Assembly (NCBI RefSeq): GCF_009914755.1
Contig: NC_060926.1
DNA from: the human T2T-CHM13v2.0 reference genome, Homo sapiens
Reading direction: 5' to 3' (one strand)
Length of the DNA: 64,000 nucleotides
In this document: positions 13,789 through 27,370 of the stretch, in pieces
Position numbering within the stretch: the first letter of the stretch is position 1
How the letters are laid out: each line of letters starts with the position of its first letter
The notes under the pieces: generated by a model
The model's input: only the letters and a program-made list of their open reading frames with translations
Database searches by the model: none
What the model was told of the DNA's origin: nothing
Made by a program: the position numbers and the translations under genes

Positions 13789-14347
13789 AGAAATAAAGTC
13801 TTCTGGCCCCCGGTAATGTATGTTCATAATAAACCAAGATGCTTGGGTTCCTTAAGAGGCCCAAGATAAATTTGGGGATGAAAATGGTGGAAAGAGTGCT
13901 AAAATGGTCCTTCTGCCTGGGATAAATAAACATGAGTCAGTGGGGAGGCAGCATTTTCTCCTTGGAAAACATGTGTGTAATTCTGCAATTAGAAGTGCCA
14001 GTAAAAGTGGGTGGGCAGTTCTCTGGGATATAAATCACTACCAATAGTCAAAGATGAACAGCTGTGGCTACAACGGGCTGGGGCCAGGGAAGTTCAGGCA
14101 CTCCATGCTTTATGTCATGACCACCTTGGAACCTTCCCCTGACTTTGGCTATGGATCTCTGAGATTCCTTTTTCTCTGTTGCCTCTCAATCCTTCCTCAT
14201 CTTAGTCATCTTGGTGATATTTATTTTAAAAATGTGTATATTGTATATGTGTGTGCCGGTAACCAGGTCACTTCCCTAATTAAAACCCTTCATTGGTTTT
14301 CTAGATCCACAGGTAGAATTTAAACTCTTGAGTATGGCTTATGGAGA

Positions 14348-14669
14348 TGTCTCAGTTGGAGTTATCCCCAAGGCAAAGAATTAGGTGCAAGAATTGCCCA
14401 CTGAGCAGTACAACGGCAGAGGCATTTATCCACCAATGCTTGTTTCTCTTTGGTGAAGGCTTGTTTCGGGGGATATTAACTTCCCACCATGTCTGTTCTG
14501 CTCCTCACAGAGCCAGCTCACTCCTGGGAGTAACAAGGGCTTTCAGATGGAGATGTGCAGGCGCTCAAGGTAGAAGTCATTTGCCTGTCGGGGAACTGTC
14601 CACCCACGCTGCTGGCGCCCTCCTAAGGTGAGCCAAAAGGATGCGGGGGTCAGTGTGCTGTCTACTGCA
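14348..14669 (-). mobile_element. ERVL solo LTR (LTR33-like)
   Basis: TGTCTCAGTTGG start, CATTTATCCACCAA, TTAACTTCCC, TGTCTACTGCA end. Confidence 0.65.
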
Positions 14670-15554
14670 AGGACTCTGAAAGGGATTTCTTCTTGGCCTC
14701 ATCGTCTGCTCCTGAACCCGCTCCAAGAGTTCACAGAGATGTCACTCCATGAGTAAGAAAAACATGTAGATCATGTACACAGTTATGGCACATTTGTAAG
14801 AATCTGTTTATCTGAAGAAGCAGGCAATTAATCTTTTTTTAGTCAATTGACCAGGCTGTGAGCTTTTCACTGTTTTCTTTTTAGTATAAGGTCTCATATC
14901 CTTACTAACAGGCAGGAGAAGGAATCAAATGGCAATATAAACAACTCGTAGCTATCAAAAAACACAAATCCCTGTGTGATAGGCATGAGGTAAGGCTATG
15001 TTCAACTCTCTTCCTGAGCCTGGACAGAAATACCCTGTAAAACTCCTTAAGCAATGGAGGATTCTATAATAAAAAGGAACAATTTAGTTGCATTCTTTAG
15101 ACTCTCCTTAGTAAGGCAAAACAAAGAATATGACCAGGTATGTGGAGATTTAACTCGAGTTTCTGATTAAATAAGGTTTGAAATCTGTTCCTGAATAGAC
15201 AATTTTCCCCAGTCTCCCATATTTTGCCCATGCTGTTCCCTCTGCTGAGACTTCCCTTCCCATGTTTGTCCATCACTGCTTCTGTGAAATCTCCGACCAG
15301 TGCATACATCCTTGTCGCTACAGAATACCTGAAAATACTTTATCATGCCCATTGAAACTATTAACCCCTTTCTAAAATTAATTTTATTTATCTGTCAAAG
15401 TGCCCACAATAATGAACTTTGAGGCCAAACATTTTTGAATATAATATAATCTTTATTATTTTAATAGCATACGCACCTAATTTGTAGAGCACTATGTATG
15501 TTTTTCTTTGTCTTAAAAACATCTATTTCAGATTGGCTATAAAAAGAAATTCCT

Positions 15555-16350
15555 TGATTTGAAGGCAATTGCTAAATATTTTCTGTGGGCCAGTCTTAGT
15601 GGGACACACCTATAATTTATTATCCCTATCCTATCCTAAGGAAATTTATTATCCTGCTAAGAAGCTGATGTATAAATCCAGGAAATAGCTAAGAATTAAT
15701 TCCAGCCACTTGGCAAACCAGAAGGAATTCATGCCATGGAGAAATCCAGTGCAAGTTGGGGCAACATTTTAAGGTTATGAGGCTCCAATTGAGCTTTGGA
15801 GGAAGGATGGGATATGGCGCTTCTGACGATAGAAGGACATCCTGAAACAGTACAGTCCAGGTGGCACAGAACCTCAGTGGGAATAAGCAGGATGTGTTGT
15901 TGAAGGAGAGTAGGACCATGATGGATTTTCCTGAAATAGCCTCTTTGTGCTGGTTGGAAGGGTGTATTCATTGAAAGGTGTAACTGGAAGAGCGCAGACT
16001 GGGGAGAACCAGGATGCCAGCCAATGGGATTTAACATTCAGCCAACATATAACCAGTAATCTTTTTAAGAAAAAGGTGGGCACTAAGATGCTCGTGCTTG
16101 AGGAAAGTCAATGTGGCCACTGTATGAAAGATGGATTGAGTGAAGATGAGAAGCAGGCTGAGATGGGACAAAGGGAGGATGGCAAGTCAGGAGATTGTCC
16201 TACTGAGACCTTCAGGAGAACAATGCTTGAGGTGAGGAAAGGAGAATAGATGCATGTTTGGTGGGACATTTGTCTGCAAGGCAAGAAAGAAGGATGTAAT
16301 AATAACAACTGCAATGTTTGGCTCTTGTCCAGGAGAATAGAATAGTGTTG
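15555..16350 (-). mobile_element. L2 LINE fragments
   Basis: Degenerate L2 antisense purine-rich blocks. Confidence 0.45.
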
Positions 16351-17199
16351 ATGGGGGTGGATGGGTAGGAGAAATTCACCCAAAGAGGTAAGACTTGTTG
16401 AAGCCACACTAATGGAGTGCATTTGTGTGTGTATGTGTGTGTATGTGTATGTGTGTGTTTAGGGGGCACAGAGAGAGTTTTGCTGTGAGAAGAGGAGCAG
16501 AAGTGGGAAGAAAATAGAGGCAGTCAGAGGTAGGATTAATTGGGTTAAAGCCAGTTAGGATTGAATAGGGCTAAAGACCATCTTTGAATATAGCTTAGTT
16601 TCAGTCATACCCGTTACTTGAGCCATTCTTTGGAGCACACAGGGGCTCTGCCTTCCCTGAGCATCAATAATGCAGCAGGGAAATTGCAGGTCTGTTCCTG
16701 AATAATGACACAGATTAGGAACATAAGCCATTTGAAAAGCTCTTCCTTTATCACTGTAATTACAAACATAGCTCATGTTTGGGACCTGGTATGGAATTTG
16801 ATGCTTGACTTTTCAATATGTGTCCATGCAGTTTCCATACAGTTTCTTTTTGGCTGATGACACTACTGAAGTTTGTATGTAGATACAAATGCAGCCATTC
16901 ATAGCCTATACAAAAACACATCCACAGATGTTTTGCACAAGAATCACGCTCAGTGACTCTCAAAATACCTTCACCACCTCCACACTCCTAAGGGGTATAA
17001 CACACTCAGATCAATAACAGAGAGTTAATTTGTATGTCTTCCATTTCAGTGGGAGAATTGGAAGGCATACATCCCTGAGAGCTTGAGTCAGAATCTAGGG
17101 TAGGGAGAGTGGGAAGCCCTTCAGGAAGCAGGTCCCTCCCAGGGGACTCACTGTTTTCTAGTTCAAGAGCAGCCTGGACTTATGTTTCTGCCAAAGCTG

Positions 17200-17520
17200 T
17201 GTTTTCTGCCCTGCCTTCTGCCCTTCAAATCCTAAACGTATCCTCAACCCTTAAACACTCTTCAAGAGCCAGTTGTAGTTTTCTCTTCAGCCGAGAGATA
17301 ACCCCTGACTCACATAGCCGAGGCCATCTCTTCAATATGCCATCCTGGCCCTTGCATTTCGCATTTGATTATCTCTTTGAGTGTCTGTCTCCTCCTCTAG
17401 ACTGTGAACTCGTTGAGAGTAGGTGTCATGTCCCAGTCATCTCTGAAGCTCTGCATCTAGCATAGTGCTTGGCAGAGGGAAGACAGTGAAAGCTTACAGA
17501 TGGAACGAATGAACGAGGTG
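17200..17520 (+). mobile_element. L2 3' end
   Basis: CTAGACTGTGAACTCGTTGAGAGTAGG...TCTAGCATAGTGCTTGGCA...GAATGAA. Confidence 0.75.
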
Positions 17521-18805
17521 GTTGATGATTCAGTGACACACGAGTCGTTGCATGCTATGTTAGTTTTTCTATAACCCCTCATGTGTTTGCAGCCTTTCAG
17601 AATACCTGACCTTTGCATTCTTTAACTTATCGTTACCATAGTGCTTCCCTAGAAGGCTAACAGTGACAGTATAATTATTCTCCTGTTATACACAAAAAAC
17701 TCAAGTACTTGAGAGTAAAGTGGCATGACTGAGGTTGACATCAGCAGATGGAGGAGTTAGGACCAGTACCTAGGTAGTTTGACTCCAGAATGGGTTTTTT
17801 CCACTTCATCACATTTTATCTTTTCCAGCCAGTATGCATTCCCTTTCTGCCTTTGGGGATTGGTTCAATATTTCTTCTGTTGGAGCTGGGTGGGGGACAC
17901 TCCAACAAATACCTAGCCCTTGCCTCTTCTGATTCTTCTGGAAGGAGTCCACTTTCCATGAGTGGAAAATCCAAAAGAAACTATTATTCTGGAGAGGCCC
18001 AGTGCCTGATCTCTCATGCTCTACATTTCCCAACTCTCTTCCGGAAGTTACACTCACCCCAGATGACTTCAGAGACTCTTTCCGAGGCTTAGAGCAATAG
18101 TAATTGGCAAGCACTGTAATTGCCAACAGTCATTGGCAAGATACTGTTTGGTATCCACCTTCTTAAAATGGAATATGAGAACATATATTATTCTATTTTT
18201 TTAAAGTCTTTTTCCTCTTCTCTTCCTCCTCCTTCTCATTCTCCTCTTCCTCCTTTTCCTCCTCTTCACCTTTCTACTCCGTCTTTATTCCTGTCTATTC
18301 CTTGCAGCATTTTAAAGCTCTTCACACACATATGGGCAATTCAATTTTTTTCGCTAAGTCACTTTTGCTTCATTATCATTAAAACTAATGTGTATTTTTT
18401 TCTGCAAAACTTTGCTAAAGTCCCTAGCTAGGATACAAAAAACCTGGGTTCTAGTCATTTTTTCTTAGTCACTGGCCTTGTGACTTCAGAAGAGTCACAT
18501 AATCTTTCAGTTCTCTTATTAATCATGTTTCGTTTTCAATTATTTATTTTCACGATTGCCTTCCCTACTGGACAGTGAACAAGTAGAAGGTAAGGCCAAT
18601 ATTCTGTTCAAATATGTATTCTTAAGGCCTAACACAGTTTCCAGCAGATATTGGTTGAACTCAATGGCGCATTGAATGTCAGAGAGAGGATAGGAGGCAA
18701 TTAACTGCAGAAAAGGTACACTGAGAAGCCCTTCTCACCTGTTGGGTGCTTTCCTTGATATTTGAGGAGGAAAGTAACAGGGTCAAAGGGGTGGGAGGTG
18801 TGGAG

Positions 18806-18848
18806 ATGATGACAATGATGATGATGACAATGTGTGTGTGTGTGTGTG
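18806..18848. repeat. (GAT)n plus (TG)n microsatellite
   Basis: GATGATGACAATGATGATGATGACAATGTGTGTGTGTGTGTGTG. Confidence 0.85.
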
Positions 18849-19659
18849 CAAGCACTCTCCTGTGCACACATATGTGATGTTTGTTCAGAATGGAGGACAT
18901 AGAGTTGCTGGCAGCAAGGGAAGGAAGGGAGCCACGAGTGACAAAAACCCAGATAGTGGATCACTGAATATCGGGATTTGATGTAACCAGAGAAAATGGA
19001 GTCAAAATTCCCTGGCCCAATACCCAACAGAAACCTAGTCAAATACCCATGATCTTAGCACCACTGTGTGGCAAGAGCTGGGAGTCAAGAGTTCTTCTAA
19101 CTCATTGGGTGACACAGGGAAAGCTGCCTCTACTTTAAGGTGACCTTTCAATTTCCAAGACAGCAGAAGACAATGAAGGTTGTCAGCTGAACTTTCGAGG
19201 ATGCAAAAACACCCACGAGTTGTTGAGTGTGCCATGCTATTTTCTGGGAAAACAGAGGCTTACTAGGATTTGCTTGTTTTGGAATTGCTTCATATCAACA
19301 TTGCCAAGGAAAAGGCCACACGCTGCCAGAAAGCCGAACTATGATTAGGATTGTTGGGCTAGGGATAAGAATTGCCCAGAAGATAGGATTTTTTTTTTCC
19401 AAAAGAAAGACTGTGAAATATATATGAAGGTGAAAATAGAGTGACCACATATGATTAGTGTGATTGGGACCAAGACATTATGGAGAAAGCAATTCTGCTT
19501 AAATATCTAAAAGCACAAGAGATACCACAAATAAATCCTAGGAGAGAACACAAGTCAGGAGATTGACATGGGTATGAGGAATATAGGAAAGTATTTTTAC
19601 CAACATAAAGAGGAGTGTGGAATATATTTCCTAAGAATGCTTCATACATCCTATCCTCC

Positions 19660-20015
19660 TGATATGGTTTGGCTCTGTGTCTAAATCTCATCTCAAACTG
19701 CAATTCCCACATGTCAAGGGAGGGACCTGGTGGGAGGTGATTGAATTATGGGGGTGGTTTCTCTCATGCTGTTCTCGTGATAGTGAGTGAGTTCTCATGA
19801 GATCTGGTTGTTTGATAAGTGTCTGGTGCTTCTCCCCCTCACTTACTCTCCTGCCGCCTTGTGAAGAAGGTGCCTGCTTTCTCTTCTGCCATAACTGTAA
19901 GTTTCCTGAGGCCTCCCCAGCCATGCAGAACTGTGAGTCAATTAAACCTCCTTTGTTTATACATTACCCAGTCCCAGGTAGTATTTTTACAGAAGTGTGA
20001 AAATGGACTAACACA
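19660..20015 (+). mobile_element. THE1C/D MaLR solo LTR
   Basis: TGATATGGTTTGGCTCTGTG...GTGAGTTCTCATGAGATCTG...GGACTAACACA; near-TSD CCTCC/CCTTC; DUX4-type site TGATTGAATTA 19738-19748. Confidence 0.95.
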
Positions 20016-22189
20016 CCTTCTTAGGAATAATTTTAACATTAAATTAATGTTCAAGATAATACAAATAGTAGTGTTTATATAAGAAAATATTTTGTGTAAA
20101 AAGACCCAGAATCTCAGCTTTGTGTATTCTGTAGCTGTCCCAATAACAATTTTCTTGTAATTAAGCAGCCAGCTGTTCACTGACTCTCAAATGCTTTTCC
20201 CATTACAATGGCCAGCATGAGAGGCTGAGACATACATCTCCATCCTTATGTAAGAATTTGGGGGCATTTCAACAACTCAGCTGACTGTGTTTCATCTTCT
20301 CAAAGTACTTCTGTTTTGATCATTTTTTCTTATGAAATAGGGAAAATAAAACAAGAAAAACCAAAACCACAATTCCTATGAGTTTCATACCTTGTAAGTG
20401 TGTAATAACACTGCCAATACTCTCTGTGAGCATCAAGGTAACTTTTCCATAAAACATCAGGTTTTGTTTGTTTTTCTTAAACTTAAGAAAACAGGTTAAG
20501 AAGCATGTTTTCTCCTGTCATGATTTTGCAACGTTAAAGGCAACAGAGGGGTCTGTTTCCTGCATGTTTACTTACTGCAGAGCACGGGATTGTTCTGCAC
20601 GTAGTACTCCGCCAGTTGTCTGGGCATCATTTCATCCTTCTTGACTATGTCTCATCAGGTTTCTCTCTGAGTTGATGATCTATTTTAAGAGTCACTGTTT
20701 CACTCTGCTACATCTGAGGAAACACTGTAGAACAATGCAAAACTAAATACTGGTTCTACATTATTGCAGGGGAGAGACTTTTGGCATATGTAGCCACCTT
20801 TCTCATAACATAAAAGAGCTATAAACATCAAAGCCCAAATAGATCTGAGACCACCTGTAGCCCAAACTAAGGAGAGAAATTTAGCCCAGAGCATCTTTAG
20901 TTTGAACACAAGTGAATATGATTCCTGGGCAGAATGTCTAGAAGAAAAATAAATGGGCACTGCATCTTTCTTTGTCTATAGAATGAGGTAATAAGATGTC
21001 AGATGAGAAGTGATCATGGTTTGGGACAACTGGTAAATTGGAGAAATTTGCTTTCAAAGGCACTAGCCTGCATATTCCCTGCACAGTGTCTCAGGCTCTC
21101 TGAAAGGCAGTTGATGACTTAGACGCTTGAAGAAATTAGTGTTAGTCATTTTCCACTAGAAAGACTATGTCATGGCGTGCTCTCTCCTCATCTTCCTTTC
21201 TCATTGGACCCATTTCTTCTTCCTTCTTGAAGTCATCATATGACGTGGACTCCATATCTGACAAGCACCAGTGATCACAGAATGAAAGTTCTGCCTCTCT
21301 GCCTGCAACTTCACAGTGCAGAGAGGGTCAACCCGAATGTTTGTACTCAACAGTTCTTGACTTTCATTTTCTAAGTTCATCATCACTTTTTAAGCTTTCG
21401 GGAGTCCTGGGTTTTAACTGTTTGCAGGAATTCTGGTTTCTAATTACTGTGAATGATACCTGACAATTTCCTTGGCCACAATTTCTCTGTCTGAATTTTA
21501 AACATCAAAAAATATACTGCACTTAATAGCCAAAAACACATTTTAAGTAAAAAAGTTTAATATACTCATGATGATGATAATTTTCCAACCATAGAGAAAA
21601 TGGTTTCATACACTTGTTTTTGCTGAAATGCTGGCAGTGTGTGTCTATTGAGGCATTCATCTCCTTCCTACCCAAGAGACTCTTCCCATTGCCTCTAGGT
21701 TGAGGCTCACATCCCATCCTCCAGCAAGAGAGTGCTGCAAGGCCGTTCAGAATAGAGATTTATGTGTGCTTCACTTAAAATGAATCTCATCCCTGTCACC
21801 CACATAAAATATGATATCTCAGGCCATCACCGAGAGGAAATTCCAAGTCAGCTAAATGCCTTCCTGATCGTGACATGAGCATGAACAAGGCTCTAAACCA
21901 GCTCCGGCGCCTGCCTCACTTTCTAGCCTTGCCTCTGCCAGGCCCCCAGTGTACCCCACGCCTCAGACAGACACAGTCACTTGTGCTTTTCCACTGTCCA
22001 TGCTCTGAATTGCCTCTGAGCAGGCATCCCCTTGATCTAGAGATCTTCCATTCATTCTTCAAAAAAAAGGCATCTTGTCCTCTGGGAAACTGAAACACTA
22101 CTTTGCTGCTGTAAGGATGAGATTACCATCATTTTTTTTTTTTTTTGGCACTACTGGCATTCATTTTTCTCCTATTCTCTCTATTATTT

Positions 22190-22880
22190 TTTAGAAGCAT
22201 TTAAAAACTTACAAATGAGTGTGCGTAATATAGCCATATACTTTAATGAATAATAATAAAATGAACACCCAGATACCTACCACCTGGCTTGATTGTCAAC
22301 TTTTTGAAAACATTGTGTGCCTTTCTCTGACCCATTCCCTTCCCCTCCCTAGGGAAAAAATTCAGATCACCACGTTCCTGAATTTTTGAATTATCTTTTT
22401 TATTTCTGTAGAATTTGACCACATTTGCAATCATATGTAAACAACACATTACAGTTTTACCTATATTTAAACTTTCTGTACATTGAATCAAATGACTTAC
22501 AATTCGTATTCTTCTGATTTGCTTTTTTCACTCAACGTTATATCTTCGAGATCCATCCATGATGATGCGTAAGACCAATGTCCATGAGTTCCTTCGTTGT
22601 TATATAGGGTTCCACTGTATAAATCATCACAATTTATGTATCCATTCTCCTGATGATAGAGTATTATTTTTTGTTCTTGTAAGAAATTCTCATAAACATT
22701 TTTGAACATTTCTCTTAGTGTAGATTGCAAGTTAAAAATATAGTTTTTAAACTATATACTTAGAAATGACAGTGTTGTGTCAAAAATGCAAATTTCATTC
22801 CTTTAGGCAATGCAAAATTGTTTTCAAAAGCCATTATACCAATTTATCCTTCCTTTACTACCATTTGTAGTTTCCAAGTT
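22190..22880 (-). mobile_element. Ancient L1M(E) fragment
   Basis: TTGCTTTTTTCACTCAAC...GAGATCCATCCATG...CACAATTTATGTATCCATTCTCCTG. Confidence 0.72.
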
Positions 22881-22899
22881 TTTTGTCTTTCCTTTATTC

Positions 22900-23208
22900 T
22901 TTCATTCTTCTTCTTTTCTTTTTTTTTTAGATGGAGTCTCTCTCTGTCACCTAGGCTGGAGTACAGTGGCATGACCTCAGCTCACTGCAACCTGCACCTC
23001 CCCAGTTCAAGTGATTCTCCTGCCTCAGCCTCCTGAGTAGCTGGGATTACAGGTGCCCACCACCATGCCCAGCTAATTTTTGTATTTTTAGTAGAGACAG
23101 GGTTTTGCCACGTTGGCCATGCTGGTCTCGAACTCCTGGCCTCAAGCAATCCACCCTCCTTGGCATTCCAAAGTGTTGGGATTACAGGTGTGAGCCACCA
23201 CGCCCTAT
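22900..23208 (-). mobile_element. Alu SINE (old S / J boundary, Sz-like)
   Basis: TTTTAGATGGAGTCTC...CTCCTGGCCTCAAGCAATCC...GAGCCACCACGCCC. Confidence 0.96.
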
Positions 23209-23288
23209 CTTTTTTCTTTCTTGACTTCTTTTGGATTGATTTATATCTCTCTTTCATACTTTAATTTTCTTCAACTATTGTGGAAGTT

Positions 23289-23292
<4 letters not shown>

Positions 23293-23326
<34 letters not shown>
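23293..23326. repeat. (AC)17 microsatellite
   Basis: Perfect AC dinucleotide run. Confidence 0.95.
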
Positions 23327-23329
<3 letters not shown>

Positions 23330-23331
<2 letters not shown>

Positions 23332-24780
23332 AGTTAAATTCTGAACTTGGTCAGTATCTTTAACTTCTTCTAAACAGTATGAAAATTTTATGACACATTA
23401 ACTCTGATCATCTCAATTCTAAATAATTTGCTAATGTTGTCCTGAATTTTGGCTCTTTCTTGTTTATTTAGGTGTATGAATTTACTAAACATATTATAAT
23501 AGTTTAATGCAATAGATATTTTTACATTTACTCACATTTTTAACATTTTCTTTGTTTACTATTCCATTTGTAGTCTTCAACTTTCCTTCTGAAATTATTG
23601 TACCTCTTCCTTTTTTCTTAAAGCAGTGATTTGACTTCAGTCTTTCTTCTTTCTCCTCTGGTGATTCTAATTAGACATATTAATACCTTCTCAGTTTATT
23701 GTTCATGTCTCTTTACTTGTGTCTTTCTATTTTTTGGTGGGGGGGTACATTCTGGATAATTTTTTTCAGATGAATCCTCCAGGTCATAAATTTTATCTCC
23801 AATAAAATTGGTAATTAAATGTAGCCATTTTTAAAACACATATACACTTTTACTTTAGCTCTGGAATTTATATTTGTTTATTTTTTCTATTTTACATCTG
23901 TCAGATCAATTTTAGCATCTTATTTCTTCATTATACTTTTGATTCCATTTTATATTTCTAGAAACATTATAGATATTTGCTTCATATTCTCTTCCTTATA
24001 ATTGAAATACCTGCAGCCTTTTCCCTTGTAATCCTATATGATTTACACCACCTCTGCTAGGGACATTTCTCCTTTTCTGTTGAGTGAGTTTTAATTGTGA
24101 GCTCATGCTCTTTAGTTCTTTATCTGTGGGAATTCTTTGAAGCCTTGGTTTAAAATACATTTCTGCTGAGAGGATTTGCCCTTGGTGTCTTTGGAGCAGT
24201 AGCAATCTAGGCCTATTAAGAACTAAAGCCTAGAGGGTATTTTTGGTTTTGGATTTTTTTTCTTTTTTGCTACATAGGTAAGTTTAATTTTGATCACAGA
24301 CCTACAGGAGTATACACACAAGTTTAAAAATTATGAAAGAATTTGGTTTTTATTTCTTTCTTGTTTAATTAAAACATAGCCTCACTGTGTGCTTTTGTAG
24401 GGTAGGTTTTATCCCCTTGTTTCAGGAGCAACATTCGAATGTTGCTCCTCAAAGCGGCCTGGCTTTTGTGGGTATCCTTGATTCAGTCAATCCTGCTAAA
24501 GGCCAAGGTTTTTCTTTGGTCTTATTTGATACTCATTAAGACCCAGGTTCTAAGCACCCAGATATCAGCATACAGCCTCAAAGTACCTGGCTCCTGTACT
24601 AGTTTCACCTGCGGATTAGTGCTTGTAACTTCCTTGTCATTTCTGGCTTCTGAGGAATTTCCTTTCCACCTACCTTAGCTATGGGTCAAACATATATATT
24701 TTTAATTTAGCTAGCATTTAAACTGTGCTTAAGTGATTTTCCTGTGTATCTAATCTATCATGTTGTCATAAATAGAATCC
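23330..24780 (-). mobile_element. Highly decayed L1M/HAL1-like fragments
   Basis: T-rich antisense L1-like composition; family not resolvable by eye. Confidence 0.4.
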
Positions 24781-26499
24781 CTATCCTGAAAATTATTCAG
24801 TCTTAACACTTATCACAATTGCCACAAATATCTGGTTTACTTATCTGACTCTCCCCAAGAGCTTCTTAGAAGCAAGAACTGTGATTTCTTCATCTTTTAA
24901 TTCCAGTGCCTGATACAAAGTAGGGACTCAATCAAAGTTGCATGAACAAAATAGCACATTTTGAAAACCAATAATCCAGCAACTGGAGATTTCCTCTGTA
25001 CCAAACAGAACCAATTTATTAAAGTTGGTTACCCTCACATTCCAGGTTGATTACTATAAATTGGATATTTGAATAAATGAAGGTCTTCTTTCAAAAATTC
25101 TGAATTTGCTGGAGGATTTATAGGATTGGAAAACCGTGCTGAGAGTTAATTGGCTTGGATATTGCATACCCTGAGGGACTACAGAGAATGTGTGGGAAGG
25201 GGTGAGTCCAACAGGCAGCAAGGTGAAGAGGCAGGATCCGATAAGCAGGTGCTTTTAATCTTCTGGGGTAGCACTAAAGGGGTCCAGGAGCCTCCCGTGA
25301 GACCGCATGCACATCTGAGCCTGGAGTGAAGGGGGAGCCCTGGCTGGATCCTGCCTACCCTGCTGGTGTTATCTCAAGGTGAGGGATGTAACTGCTTCTG
25401 GTCCTAGCCTTTTCTTCTCCACAGTCCCATCAGAGGACTCTAGGCTAGCCTACTGATCTGCAGACTGTAGAGCAGGCCTGGCTGAGACTCTCCTGGCTGC
25501 ATTAATTCACGAACTATTGGACATAAAGTGACCCCAGTGAAGCTGTGAGCCCGTTCATTTGATCTCACATTGTAATAATCAGAAAGAGCTCTCTATGCTC
25601 CCACAGCTACCTCTTGCCCACAACCAAAGAATTCTAAGTAGCTCTGAACTTCAAAAGGAAAACGAACATTTGCATGATCCCTTCTCTTATTCCAGTGGAA
25701 TGGTGTTGCAGCATGGCAAGGTGATGTTAGCACTGGAACTCAGGAATTGAGGCCACACTCACTCTCGGCTTTGTCACTGCTGGGTACCTTGCTTAGTAAC
25801 CTTGGGCCAGTTGCTCCCCATTGGAGACCTCAGTTTCCTCATCTATTCAGTGAGGTAGGGCACAGAATGTTCTCTAAGGTGTTTGCTAGTTTAACAAGTC
25901 TAGGATTCTGTGACTGACAATGTTTTACTTCCCGATTGTACTATAGGCTGTGATTTATCTTCTTTGGAAACTGACAAAATAATTTCCAGTAAGGCGTTCC
26001 ATCGTCCTCTAAAAATAATGTACATGCATCTTTTGAATCTGTTACTAAGTAGTTTGCCTATAGACATTAGGTGAGTATTATTTCAGGAGCCATACATTTA
26101 AAAATCACACCAAAATAAAAATATATCACCCATTACTCATTTTTCCTGTGGATGTAGAGGCTCACCTACTTTTTTCAGTCTGCTAGAATTGTCTCGAGAA
26201 TCATGCATTTTCAAATGATTATTTTTGAAGACTTGGCCAGAACTAATTCTTCCATATAATTACAATGTAGAACCATTCAATTGACTCTGATATCTTGGAA
26301 CAGACTAGGTCTGGATGGCTGCTTTATGTAGACTTCCTTCGATATTTCAAATTGTCCTCAGCTCCCTTCCCTCAGCTCTTACAAATAGAGCTTTAGGGTT
26401 ATAGTCATTGATTTCCTAGGACTTCATGCCCTGTTCCCTTGTGGAGACACTGACAGCAGCCTTCCCTTCTTTCTCTACCCAAGATGATCCACTTCCTTC

Positions 26500-27370
26500 A
26501 ACACACCTCTAGTGAGCACACGCCCAGGTGCTGAGCTGGGCACTGGGAGAAAGGGAGCTACCAGAGAAGGGTCCCAAAGACCTCATGAGCTGGTTTAGTG
26601 GGGGAGACAAGACAGGGCTACTTTATGAATTCCAAGGGCTTAGGCACTCTTGCCTTCATGGGCTCCTTCTGCTGTTAAAATAAAAAATTTAAAAATTGAA
26701 AATCATCATATATTTTATGACTACATTGGCATAAAGATGAACACAATCTGGGCATGAGTCATTATTACATGTTCGTTAATGTTACTATGTTCAGTTTGTC
26801 TTTTGATCTTAAAGGAGATTAAAACATTTTTATTAGTTTCTAAAAGTATCATGGGTCCCAGGCACTGTACCTAATGGAAAAGTCAGCCCTGGGCAGGTGG
26901 AGAGGGGTTATACCTATGGAAACCGGCAAGTGAGCCTTCAAAGGAGCTCTGTGGGAGCACAGTGCTCTCTGGGACCCCAGAGCAGGGATTCTCAACTCAA
27001 TGAGGCATGCAGTGAGAAGTGCTACCCTGCCCAGGGAAGAGACTTCATGGTGAAGCTTAAGCCAAGTGTTGAAGCTGAGTAGGTATGGAACAGGCAAAGA
27101 GAGGTAGGCCCCTGTGGAAGAGAAAACAACTTGAGAAATGAAGAAGCAAGAAATGAAAGCCTGTGTGCAGAAAACCAGAAGCTGCTGGATGTGGGTGCAA
27201 AAAGTACCGAGCAGGAATGGTCCGAGATAGAGCTGGAGAGGTGGATGGGTCCAGACAGTGACGAGTCTCATGAGTCACTTGACTGGCATGGACTTTGTCC
27301 TGGATGGACAGTAGGGATCTATGGACTTTAAAATGAGAAGAGGATGATCAGATTTCAGATTAGGAAGACT
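26500..27370 (-). mobile_element. L2 fragment interrupted by MER96B
   Basis: GTGAGCACACGCCCAGGTGCTGAGCTGGGCACTGGGA; GAAGACTTCATGG...GAAGCTGAGTAGG. Confidence 0.6.
26613..26891 (-). mobile_element. hAT-Tip100 MITE (MER96B-like)
   Basis: TIRs CAGGGCTACTT / AAGTCAGCCCTG; reverse strand CAGGGCTGACTTTTCCATTAGGTACAGTGCCTGGGACCCATGATACTTTTAG. Confidence 0.78.

Noticed and set aside
22818-23257. ORFs with familiar-looking peptides (also 51918-52308 and 35081-35284)
   Set aside because: Alu-derived reading frames
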